Shown piece after piece: positions 9,397-17,200 of a stretch of DNA of 23,417 nucleotides. The DNA is from Casimicrobiaceae bacterium (GTDB lineage: Bacteria; Pseudomonadota; Gammaproteobacteria; Burkholderiales; Casimicrobiaceae). A program made the translations under genes and the position numbers. Every line of letters starts with the position of its first letter. Position 1 is the first letter of the stretch. The DNA lies in the NCBI GenBank assembly GCA_036825435.1, contig DAISYG010000025.1:1-23417 (forward strand), given 5' to 3'. The notes below the pieces were generated by a model. It did not search any database. It had not been told where the DNA came from and was given only the letters and a program-made list of their open reading frames with translations.

Positions 9397-10788
9397 GTGG
9401 ATACTGCAACATCAAAAAAAGCGATTGTGATTGGCGCCGGTCTCTCCGGCTTGACGACTGCTTATCGTCTGCACAAGCAAGGCGTTGACGTTACCGTTCT
9501 CGAAAAAGAATCACGTACCGGCGGTGCGATCGGCTCCGGCAGAAAAGATGGCTTTCTGTGGGAGTCCGGCCCCAATAACGGGCTCGATACTTCACCTTTA
9601 ATCAACGAATTACTCGACGACCTTGGCATTCGCCAAGAGCGCCTCGGCGCCAATAAAATCGCCGATCGCCGTTTCATCGTGCGTGACGGAAAATTGATTC
9701 CGCTGCCGATGTCACCCTCTTCTTTTTTGACCACGCCGCTTTTTTCACGCAAAACCAAGCTCGGCTTATTGCGCGAGCCATTCATCAAACCATCGTCACC
9801 GGAAATGGAAGAAAGCGTCGCTGGTTTTGTTCGTCGCCGTTTAGGTGAAGAATTTCTGCATTTCGCCATAGACCCGTTTGTTTCCGGCATCTACGCCGGA
9901 GATCCGGAAATTCTTTCCGTGCAAGCAGCATTCCCCAAACTTTTTGCACTGGAGCAACGCTATCACAGTCTGATTCGCGGCACGGTCATGGGCGCGCGCG
10001 AGCGCAAGCGCAACGCGGAAAAAGCAAAAAACGAAGCCAAGAGTTTTTCGTTCAAAGAAGGTATGCAAACACTCACCGACGCGTTGACGAAAAACCTTCC
10101 CGATGTGCAGACTGGTATCGAAATCGACAGTATTCATCGTGATGATTCGGGCGTATGGCACGTCAACGGCAAACGTGATGGCGAAGCGCAAAGCTGGCAA
10201 GCCTCAACACTCGTCTTGTCCGCGCCCGCTGATGCTGTGTCCTCATTGCTAGCGCCTTTCGCTGAAGATGCCGCCGCCGCGCTCAAAGCCATTCCCTATG
10301 CGCCGGTCGCCACGCTGGTCAGCGTTTGGAAACGCGAAGATATCGCGCATCAACTCGATGGCTTCGGTTTTCTGGTGCCGCGCCTGGAAGGGCTTGAAAT
10401 TCTCGGCACTTTGTTTTCCAGTTCCATGTTCGACTACCGTACCGACAGCGATCATGCTGTGCTGACCACGTTCATCGGTGGCATGCGTTGTCCGGGGCTA
10501 CCTTATAAAGGCGATGAAGCATTGCTCGGCATCATGCAAACTGATTTATCCAAACTGATCCGCGTTCAACAGCCTCCGTTGTGGACGAAGATCAACCGTC
10601 ACCCGCGTGCGATCCCGCAATACACGTTCGGTCATCTCAAACGCATTGAGCGTGTCGAAGCCGTGAAAAACGCATTCCCCGGCATTTTCTTTAGCGCTAA
10701 CTGGAAAGGTGGTATCGCGCTGGGTGACTGCATCAAAAATGGACACGCGGTGGCAGACGAAGTCGTTGCGTTTCTCAAAACTATCTGA
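9397..10788 (+). CDS. FAD-dependent protoporphyrinogen/coproporphyrinogen oxidase (HemY/PPOX family, amine-oxidase fold)
   Basis: 463 aa with a GTG start and an AGGGA SD. N-terminal Rossmann motif AIVIGAGLSGLTTAYRL...VLEKESRTGG. GFLWESGPN motif typical of PPOX. The length fits HemY. Confidence 0.65.
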   Translation: MDTATSKKAIVIGAGLSGLTTAYRLHKQGVDVTVLEKESRTGGAIGSGRKDGFLWESGPNNGLDTSPLINELLDDLGIRQERLGANKIADRRFIVRDGKLIPLPMSPSSFLTTPLFSRKTKLGLLREPFIKPSSPEMEESVAGFVRRRLGEEFLHFAIDPFVSGIYAGDPEILSVQAAFPKLFALEQRYHSLIRGTVMGARERKRNAEKAKNEAKSFSFKEGMQTLTDALTKNLPDVQTGIEIDSIHRDDSGVWHVNGKRDGEAQSWQASTLVLSAPADAVSSLLAPFAEDAAAALKAIPYAPVATLVSVWKREDIAHQLDGFGFLVPRLEGLEILGTLFSSSMFDYRTDSDHAVLTTFIGGMRCPGLPYKGDEALLGIMQTDLSKLIRVQQPPLWTKINRHPRAIPQYTFGHLKRIERVEAVKNAFPGIFFSANWKGGIALGDCIKNGHAVADEVVAFLKTI

Positions 10789-10832
10789 TTCCCCTTTGCC
10801 CCAGCGGCTTGGCAATTCGCCCGCCTTGAGGT

Positions 10833-10863
10833 ACCGTTGCTCGATTCGCAACGGTATTTTTTA
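10833..10863 (+). terminator. Rho-independent terminator after the oxidase gene
   Basis: ACCGTTGC-tcgattc-GCAACGGT followed by ATTTTTTATT. Confidence 0.6.
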
Positions 10864-10903
10864 TTGAACGCGTTTAGAACGTATCTATACGGGGAAGAGA
10901 ACC

Positions 10904-12346
10904 ATGGAAGCAGGACATTACGGCCAACTGCGCCGCGCACTCAAAAACCGTCATATCCAATTAATCGCTTTAGGCGGAGCAGTCGGCACGGGGCTTTTCC
11001 TCGGTTCGGCAGGCGTCATGAAAATGGCGGGGCCTTCGATGGTGCTCGGTTACGCGATCGGCGGACTCATCGCGTTTCTCATCATGCGCCAACTCGGCGA
11101 AATGATTGTACAAGAACCCGTCGCCGGATCGTTCAGCTATTTTGCTTATAAATATTGGGGCAACTTTGCCGGTTTCCTTTCCGGCTGGAATTACTGGGTG
11201 CTTTACGTGTTGGTCAGCATGGCGGAGCTCACGGCAGTCGGTGTTTATGTGCAATTCTGGTGGCCGCATATTCCGGTTTGGGTTTCGGTCATCGTCTTCT
11301 TTCTGTTGATCAACGCCATCAACCTTGCCAATGTCCGTCTCTATGGCGAAATGGAGTTCTGGTTTGCCATCATCAAAGTCGTCGCCATCATCGGCATGAT
11401 TCTTCTCGGCGCGTATTTGCTATTAACCCAAACCGGTGGAGAACAAGCCGGTATCAGCAACCTATGGTCGCACGGCGGTTTTTTCCCGATGGGCATCACC
11501 GGCATGATCATGGCGATGGCGATTATCATGTTTTCATTCGGCGGACTGGAGTTAGTCGGCATCACCGCCGCCGAGGCAAGCGAACCGGAAAGAACCATTC
11601 CGCGTGCGATCAACCAAGTGATCTATCGAATCCTGATTTTCTACATCGGCGCACTGACAGTATTGCTCGCGCTTTATCCGTGGGATCAATTGGTCGAAAT
11701 CATCGGACAGGGCGGACACGATTACAGCAACAGTCCGTTCGTGTTGATCTTCTCGCAAATCGGCATTCCCGCTGCTGCGCATATTCTGAACTTCGTCATC
11801 CTCACCGCCGCACTCTCGGTGTACAACAGCGGCGTGTATTGCAACAGCAGGATGTTGTATGGCTTGGCTTTGCAGGGGAATGGTCCCAAATTTTTGATGA
11901 AGGTGGATCGGCGCGGCGTTCCCGTTTTCGCGATTGCGCTGTCGTCAGCGGCAACGTTGATCTGCGTTATCATCAACTACACCATTCCGAAAGAAGCACT
12001 GAGTATTTTGATGTCGCTGGTGGTTGCGGCGCTCGTCATCAACTGGGCGATGATCAGCTTGGCGCATCTGAAATTCCGCGCTGCGCAGAACAAAAAAGGC
12101 GTCGTGACAAAATTCAAATCCATCGCCTACCCGTTCAGCAATTACCTGTGCATCGCCTTCATGATTTTCATTCTGGTGATCTTGATGCTGATGCCCGGCA
12201 CCGAACCATACCGCCTCATCGCACAAGGTGAAATCGGCAAAGGCCTTGGTATGTTGTTGAGCAATGTCAGCATCTCCGTACTGGTTCTGCCGTTCTGGAT
12301 CCTATTGCTATGGCTTGGTTATCGCTTCAAGGAAAAGCGAGCGTAA
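10904..12346 (+). CDS. Amino-acid permease of the APC/AAT family (AnsP/AroP/CycA-like)
   Basis: 480 aa with 12 TM segments. Signature LKNRHIQLIALGGAVGTGLFLGSA. EMEFWFAIIKV matches the conserved AAT-family motif (nearly identical to E. coli AnsP). SD GGGGAAGAG upstream. Confidence 0.9.
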   Translation: MEAGHYGQLRRALKNRHIQLIALGGAVGTGLFLGSAGVMKMAGPSMVLGYAIGGLIAFLIMRQLGEMIVQEPVAGSFSYFAYKYWGNFAGFLSGWNYWVLYVLVSMAELTAVGVYVQFWWPHIPVWVSVIVFFLLINAINLANVRLYGEMEFWFAIIKVVAIIGMILLGAYLLLTQTGGEQAGISNLWSHGGFFPMGITGMIMAMAIIMFSFGGLELVGITAAEASEPERTIPRAINQVIYRILIFYIGALTVLLALYPWDQLVEIIGQGGHDYSNSPFVLIFSQIGIPAAAHILNFVILTAALSVYNSGVYCNSRMLYGLALQGNGPKFLMKVDRRGVPVFAIALSSAATLICVIINYTIPKEALSILMSLVVAALVINWAMISLAHLKFRAAQNKKGVVTKFKSIAYPFSNYLCIAFMIFILVILMLMPGTEPYRLIAQGEIGKGLGMLLSNVSISVLVLPFWILLLWLGYRFKEKRA

Positions 12347-12500
12347 TCACTTCCTTTCCTTACGTCTGTTTTTTCGACCGCATCGCGCATCATGCCGCGG
12401 TGTGTTTTTGTGACCTCAAACAAAGGCTTTCTTTGAACAAGCAAAGAGAAGAAAACCGATGCTTGCAAGAATCTGTTTCGTCGTCAGAAAATCCTGTTGG

Positions 12501-13364
12501 TTATTGTAGTCCATCCGAATATAAATGTACGGTTTCCCGCAAAAAGTGATCCAGTTCCTCGACGTTCTTGTGCTCCATTTTCTGCTCAAAATCATTTGAA
12601 GCAAGGCGATTCAGTTCCTGCTCGATAAATGCATGGATACCCGGCCAGCGCTCACTGTATTCCGCTTCACCGGAACGCATTTTAATATCCAGCAGACGAT
12701 TGATTTCATCAAGCAGCGCCGGATCGTCCAGCGTACCAACAGCAAGATCGGCAAAGCGCATCGGCGGCTGGCCTTGACGGGTTTCAATCCAGCGTACCGC
12801 CAACAGCGGGCGCAAAACATACAGATATTTTTTCAGGCGCACCTGATCATCTTGCAAATAGCCACGAAAATTGCTTTTCGCCATCGTCAGATAATGGTGG
12901 TAGCCCTTCAACGATGAAAAATGCGTCTGCGCCAATACGCGCAACCGCCGAACCGTTTCCGCTTCTTCGCGGTAAACAACCGGCGAATCGAGCCATTCCA
13001 GCAACACCGGATTGGATCGCAACAATAACTGCAACGTCTTGCGCAGTTCCCAACCATTGATATCAAGCGCATCATCAATGGGCAATTCGATGACATCGCG
13101 CTGAGGTTCAACCGACAGATACCATGGCAAACGAGGCACATAGATGAAGCGTACATCGTAATCGCTGTCCGGTGATGCAAAGCCCCAGGCACGGCTTCCC
13201 GATTCACAGGCATAAAGGATCGTGACCTCGTACTTTCGTTCGATGCCCTGCAATGATTGCACGATGGCAGCACGTACGTTTTCATCAATGGGATGATTGC
13301 TTGATATTTTCGGGTTCATTTGCCTGACCGTTTCTTCATTTGTCTTCTTCACCCTTTCACACAC
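12501..13364 (-). CDS. Pol-beta-superfamily nucleotidyltransferase, RtcB-associated. It is the last gene of the rtc operon.
   Basis: 287 aa. Nucleotidyltransferase motif YACESGSRAWGFASPDSDYDVRF (GS...DxD). The start overlaps the rtcB 3' end by 16 nt (GTG at 13364). An alternative ATG at 13319 would give 272 aa. Confidence 0.75.
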   Translation of the reverse strand: MCERVKKTNEETVRQMNPKISSNHPIDENVRAAIVQSLQGIERKYEVTILYACESGSRAWGFASPDSDYDVRFIYVPRLPWYLSVEPQRDVIELPIDDALDINGWELRKTLQLLLRSNPVLLEWLDSPVVYREEAETVRRLRVLAQTHFSSLKGYHHYLTMAKSNFRGYLQDDQVRLKKYLYVLRPLLAVRWIETRQGQPPMRFADLAVGTLDDPALLDEINRLLDIKMRSGEAEYSERWPGIHAFIEQELNRLASNDFEQKMEHKNVEELDHFLRETVHLYSDGLQ

Positions 13365-14581
13365 ACCACCTGCCGCAACGTATGCACCACTTCGACCAGC
13401 GAATGCTGCGCATGCATCACGGCGTCAATATCCTTGTAGGCCATCGGAATCTCGTCGATCACATCGCTGTCCTTACGGCACTCCACATGCGCCGTCGCAC
13501 GAACCTGATCGTCCACATTGAAACGACGCTTGGCCTCGTTGCGGCTCATCACCCGCCCTGCACCATGGCTGCACGAACAGAATGATTCCTCATTACCAAG
13601 ACCACGAACAATATAACTTTTGGCGCCCATGGATCCGGGGATGATACCCAACTGCCCCTTGTATGCCGACACCGCACCTTTGCGGGTAACCCAGATGTTC
13701 TCACCGAAGTGCGTTTCGCGCTGTACGTAGTTGTGGTGGCAGTTTACCGCCCCCCTATCGGTGGCAAACGGTTTGGCGATTGATGCCCGTACTGCGCTGA
13801 CCACGTTCGCCATCATCGCATCACGGTTCCGACGCGCATAATCCTGCGCCCAACCCACTGCCTCAATGTAATCATCGAAGTACTCGCTGCCTTCTTCAAA
13901 ATACGCAAGATCACGATCGGGCAGATGGATCATGTGTTTTTCCATGTCCTTTCTCGCCAGATCGATAAACAGCGTACCGATGGCATTGCCCACACCGCGC
14001 GAACCCGAATGCAGCATCAACCAGACACGCTCGCTCTCATCCAGACATACCTCGATAAAATGGTTGCCCGTTCCCAGCGTTCCCAGGTGTTTATGGTTGT
14101 TCGTGTTTTTCAGGCACGGGTATTTTTCGGTGATGCGCTCGAACCCGGGCAGCAACGCCGTCCACATCGCGTCAACGTTCTGCGGCGTATCGTGCCACGA
14201 CCCTTTATCACGCTTGCCCCTTGATACTTCACGCCCATGCGGTACCGCTTTTTCAATCGCGCAACGCAATGCATACAGGCTATCCGGGAGGTCGGAAGCC
14301 GTCAGCGTGGTGCGCGTTGCCATCATGCCACAACCGATATCCACACCGACTGCCGCCGGGATGATCGCAGCCTGCGTCGGGATCACACTGCCGATGGTCG
14401 AGCCCTTACCGAGATGCACGTCCGGCATGACCGCCAGGTGATGGAAGATGAATGGCATCTGTGCCGTCGCCAGCAATTGTTTGCGCGCGCCATCCTCCAC
14501 CGGCACACCCTGCGTCCACATTTTGATTGCCGCGCTGCCTTCCTGTTCAATAATGTTGTAGTCCATTTTCACTTCATTCAT
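13349..14581 (-). CDS. rtcB: RNA 3'-phosphate/2',3'-cyclic phosphate ligase RtcB (RNA-splicing ligase)
   Basis: 410 aa. The N-terminus MNEVKMDYNIIEQEGSAAIKMWTQGVPVEDGARKQLLATAQMPFIFHHLAVMPDVHLGKGSTIGSVIPT is collinear with E. coli RtcB. Metal-binding NCHHNY and the GMP-histidine motif CSHGAGR are present. The start overlaps the upstream Zn-ribbon gene by 8 nt. Confidence 0.95.
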   Translation of the reverse strand: MNEVKMDYNIIEQEGSAAIKMWTQGVPVEDGARKQLLATAQMPFIFHHLAVMPDVHLGKGSTIGSVIPTQAAIIPAAVGVDIGCGMMATRTTLTASDLPDSLYALRCAIEKAVPHGREVSRGKRDKGSWHDTPQNVDAMWTALLPGFERITEKYPCLKNTNNHKHLGTLGTGNHFIEVCLDESERVWLMLHSGSRGVGNAIGTLFIDLARKDMEKHMIHLPDRDLAYFEEGSEYFDDYIEAVGWAQDYARRNRDAMMANVVSAVRASIAKPFATDRGAVNCHHNYVQRETHFGENIWVTRKGAVSAYKGQLGIIPGSMGAKSYIVRGLGNEESFCSCSHGAGRVMSRNEAKRRFNVDDQVRATAHVECRKDSDVIDEIPMAYKDIDAVMHAQHSLVEVVHTLRQVVCVKG

Positions 14582-14939
14582 TGATTATCTTTCTTTCCAT
14601 CTTTTTCATTTTTCCTGCTTCACTGATTCTACGTGCCTCGGCTTTCCGTTGTCGTTCCTTTGCACGACAAGCCCGGCAACGCACTGCGATCGAGTCAGGA
14701 TTTCCACGCATTTGCTCATACCAGCGCTTCCGCCGTGCGGCATACCAGATTTCCTCTTTTCCACAATCCTTGCAAGTGAACGGAAAATCTTCATAATAGC
14801 CTTCGGGAAAACGCATCGACAGAACCCATGCATCCCAGGGATCCAATCCTTCGGTATTTACCGGTACCCGCTGATGATTTTTCTCCAGAAAACTTTTCTT
14901 TCTTTGCTTTCTGGCGGATACTTTTTTCTTGATACTCAT
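14574..14939 (-). CDS. Small basic zinc-ribbon protein (two CxxC pairs), translationally coupled to rtcB.
   Basis: 121 aa from ATG 14939 (MSIKKK...), with a GGGAG SD 5 nt upstream. The ORF track starts at 14957. Motifs FTCKDCGKEE and VRCRACRAKE form a C4 zinc ribbon. The termini are lysine/arginine-rich. I recognise no family. Confidence 0.6.
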   Translation of the reverse strand: MSIKKKVSARKQRKKSFLEKNHQRVPVNTEGLDPWDAWVLSMRFPEGYYEDFPFTCKDCGKEEIWYAARRKRWYEQMRGNPDSIAVRCRACRAKERQRKAEARRISEAGKMKKMERKIINE

Positions 14940-15074
14940 CATCGCTCCCAAAATCACATGTCAGAGAACAGGCATCAGACATCAGTAAAAGTATCTCTTC
15001 GCTCTGACTGAAAAACTTCTATCTCCGATCAAGCCCAAAAGTTTCCTTGTTCTCCGCAACATCCAAAATATCGG

Positions 15075-15220
15075 CGTCATTCCCGCGCAGGCGGGAATCC
15101 AGCCCACATTGATCAATAAAGATCATCCCGCCATTTCGGATTACCTTTTCGATAGCGCACAATTTCCACCGACCGTTTCCACAATCGTTTTTCTGGATTC
15201 CCGCCTGCGCGGGAATGACG
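15075..15220. repeat. Small MITE-like element. Perfect 26-bp terminal inverted repeats, each containing a dRS3-like ATTCCC-N8-GGGAAT hairpin, flank a 94-bp core.
   Basis: 15075-15100 CGTCATTCCCGCGCAGGCGGGAATCC is the exact reverse complement of 15195-15220. Each arm is itself a hairpin (CCCGC-gcag-GCGGG). It lies in the 340-nt gap between the SPFH gene and the Zn-ribbon gene. The architecture resembles neisserial dRS3/NIME repeats. Confidence 0.55.
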
Positions 15221-15299
15221 CCACAATGTTGGAGAAGCCTTCTGCTCTTCGCTCTCTGTCATCTGTAGCAGGGGAGGCAAATTCCTCCCCTACCATCCT

Positions 15300-16550
15300 T
15301 TAACCAGCCTTCAGCGACACCAGACCATTCAACACCTGATCCAGGCCACCCACCACCGAAATGCGGTCGATCCGTTCGGCCACGCGCTCCAGGGTTTCCA
15401 GTTCCTTGAGGCGCAACGCCACCGGGTTGTCTTCCATCACCTTGGCGGTATTGAGCAGCGAACGTGTTGCGTTGGTTTCTTCACGACGGCGGATCACGTT
15501 GGCTTCCGCCACTTTCTGCGCTTCCACCACGCGGGCAAGAATATCCTTCATCTCGCCCGGCAGCACGATATCGCGCACGCCGAGGCTCATCACTTCAAGA
15601 CCAAAACCTTCCAGTTTGGTTTTCAAATGTGCGCTGACCATCTCATCAATACTCTGCTTGTTTTCAAGAATCGCATCGAGCGTACGCGTACCCACTGCCG
15701 CACGCAAACCGAACTGCAATTCGCGGTACAAGTATTCAACCGGCTTGTTGACCTGCGCAAACGCCAGTGCCACATCGGTAAAGCGCCAGTTGGCCACCAG
15801 CGTCAGACGCAAACCAACGCGATCCTTGGTCAGGATTTCCTGACCGCTGACCTCCATCGCCTGCAAACGCGTATCCACCAGTTCAAGTTGCACCTCACGG
15901 TTGAAGCGCCAGAATGCACGCAAGCCGGGCGACAACAATTGCTCCACCTTGCCGTCGATGCGCAACACACCAACATGGTACGCGGGCACCTGCGCGACCA
16001 ACACGCCGTCCAGACCGATCACCGCACGGTTTTTCAGGTTGGCCGCGTTGAGCTGCTTCGCCACCTTTTCGGGCAATTCGGTATGGTCTTCCAGCTTGAA
16101 ACGCTCCAAACGGTGCTGCTTCAAACCTTTCCAGACATAGTGCCGTGCGCCCGGTGCCAACACCTCAACAAGGATATCGTTCTCAAAACGCAAACCTGTT
16201 TCATTTTCTTCCAGCACCATGGTGATGAAATGTTCTTCCGCAACCTGCGGATCATTCATCAGCAAATATTCCACCACATGATTTGCATGCATCACGCTGT
16301 CCTGTACGCAATTGCCCATCGTCCGTCTTTTCAGCGGATCGAACAGCCAATAGCGGCCAGGCGCAAGAATCCGTTCAAAATCGTCATCACGAAACAAAGT
16401 GCCCTTTTCGTTGTGCTTCACAACATATCTTTTGAAAAACAACATATTCATTCTCCCATCAATCGCCAACCTGTCGCCGGTTCGACGGACTTCCTTCTCG
16501 GCACCTGCGAGGAGGCTCATCACAAAATCCATGTTCATCTGGCAGCGCAC
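15300..16550 (-). CDS. SPFH/band-7 (stomatin/HflKC-like) domain protein. It has an uncharacterised N-terminal domain of about 170 aa and no TM anchor. It is the first protein gene of the RtcR-controlled operon.
   Basis: 416 aa. The C-terminal half carries the SPFH signature: VLRIDGKVEQLLSPGLRAFWRF...ILTKDRVGLRLTLVANWR...LGVRDIVLPGEMKDILARVVEAQKVAEANVIRRREETNATRSLLNTAKVM. I see no hydrophobic helix. The start is uncertain, with several in-frame Met in the first 11 codons and no clear SD. Confidence 0.75.
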   Translation of the reverse strand: MRCQMNMDFVMSLLAGAEKEVRRTGDRLAIDGRMNMLFFKRYVVKHNEKGTLFRDDDFERILAPGRYWLFDPLKRRTMGNCVQDSVMHANHVVEYLLMNDPQVAEEHFITMVLEENETGLRFENDILVEVLAPGARHYVWKGLKQHRLERFKLEDHTELPEKVAKQLNAANLKNRAVIGLDGVLVAQVPAYHVGVLRIDGKVEQLLSPGLRAFWRFNREVQLELVDTRLQAMEVSGQEILTKDRVGLRLTLVANWRFTDVALAFAQVNKPVEYLYRELQFGLRAAVGTRTLDAILENKQSIDEMVSAHLKTKLEGFGLEVMSLGVRDIVLPGEMKDILARVVEAQKVAEANVIRRREETNATRSLLNTAKVMEDNPVALRLKELETLERVAERIDRISVVGGLDQVLNGLVSLKAG

Positions 16551-16698
16551 GGTGTTGCTGTGCTTGCGAGGTTCACACCGACTTCATCATTCGCTTCGTC
16601 ACCGATGCAGATTGGGCGTCGGCCAAACCGGCGGCGGCGCTTGCGCGATCCGCAGTCGGCAGGTATTACATTTATAAAAGTGTCATCAAGAATGACTT

Positions 16699-16789
16699 GC
16701 TTTGGAGCGGGACTTGAACCCGCGACAGACCGATTCCTCGTCGGTTACTCTATCCAACTGAGCTATCCAAATACGGGATTCGAACCCAT
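16699..16789 (-). ncRNA. tRNA-like element (tRNA mimic or pseudo-tRNA) in the leader of the rtc operon. A 74-nt cloverleaf is preceded by an extra T-arm-like hairpin.
   Basis: Minus strand: ATTTGGA-TA-GCTC-AGTTGGATA-GAGT-A-ACCGA-CGAGGAA-TCGGT-CTGTC-GCGGG-TTCAAGT-CCCGC-TCCAAAG-C. The D-arm, T-arm, U8, G18G19 and C48 are canonical. The anticodon loop has G33 and anticodon AGG. The acceptor stem has an A1xG72 mismatch. No CCA is encoded. Immediately 5' of it (16773-16789) lies ATGGGTTCGAATCCCGT, a second T-arm-like hairpin. Confidence 0.5.
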
Positions 16790-16874
16790 GCCTTAACGGT
16801 TTCCAATAGACAAGCATCAAACAGCAGCGGCATACGCACAGACAACAGCCGAAGTCCGGTTCGTGCGCACCGGT

Positions 16875-17156
16875 GGGGCTAGAGCGTGCCGACACGAGTT
16901 TTGCTATTGTCATTGATCGGCACGGCGGGCCAGACAAGGCGGAAAACGCAACGCATGGTGGTTCCCATGGGCAAGTTTTCCAACGCAGTATGGCGCGCTG
17001 TGCCGTTCAACCCGAAGGGCTGGCACTGGTAAACAGCCATTCTTCGTCATTCGTCGTTTATTTGGATTAACCAAACTGCTCTCCTCATTCCTCGACTAGC
17101 CGCTTACCAGTACCAGTGGCAACAACAAAACCCGTGTCGGCACGCTCTAGAACCCC
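16875..17156. repeat. Long-range 22-24-bp inverted repeat (GGGGCTAGAGCGTGCCGACACG / CGTGTCGGCACGCTCTAGAACCCC) enclosing about 235 nt of non-coding sequence in the rtc operon leader.
   Basis: Bases 16875-16898 pair with 17133-17156, with 18 contiguous identical base pairs plus a flanking GGGG/CCCC. This would form a long closing stem in the minus-strand transcript. The only ORF inside (16873..17070 +, 65 aa) is on the wrong strand and has no support. Confidence 0.5.
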
Positions 17157-17200
17157 GAACCTGTCAGCCAGTGTTTGACCATCATGTCTGCCTTCTTTAT

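Noticed and set aside
16686-17070. ORFs 16686..16937 (-) and 16873..17070 (+) in the rtc leader
   Set aside because: The first overlaps the tRNA-like element, has no SD and is Cys-rich. The second is on the strand opposite to the sigma54 transcript. The region is better explained as structured non-coding RNA.
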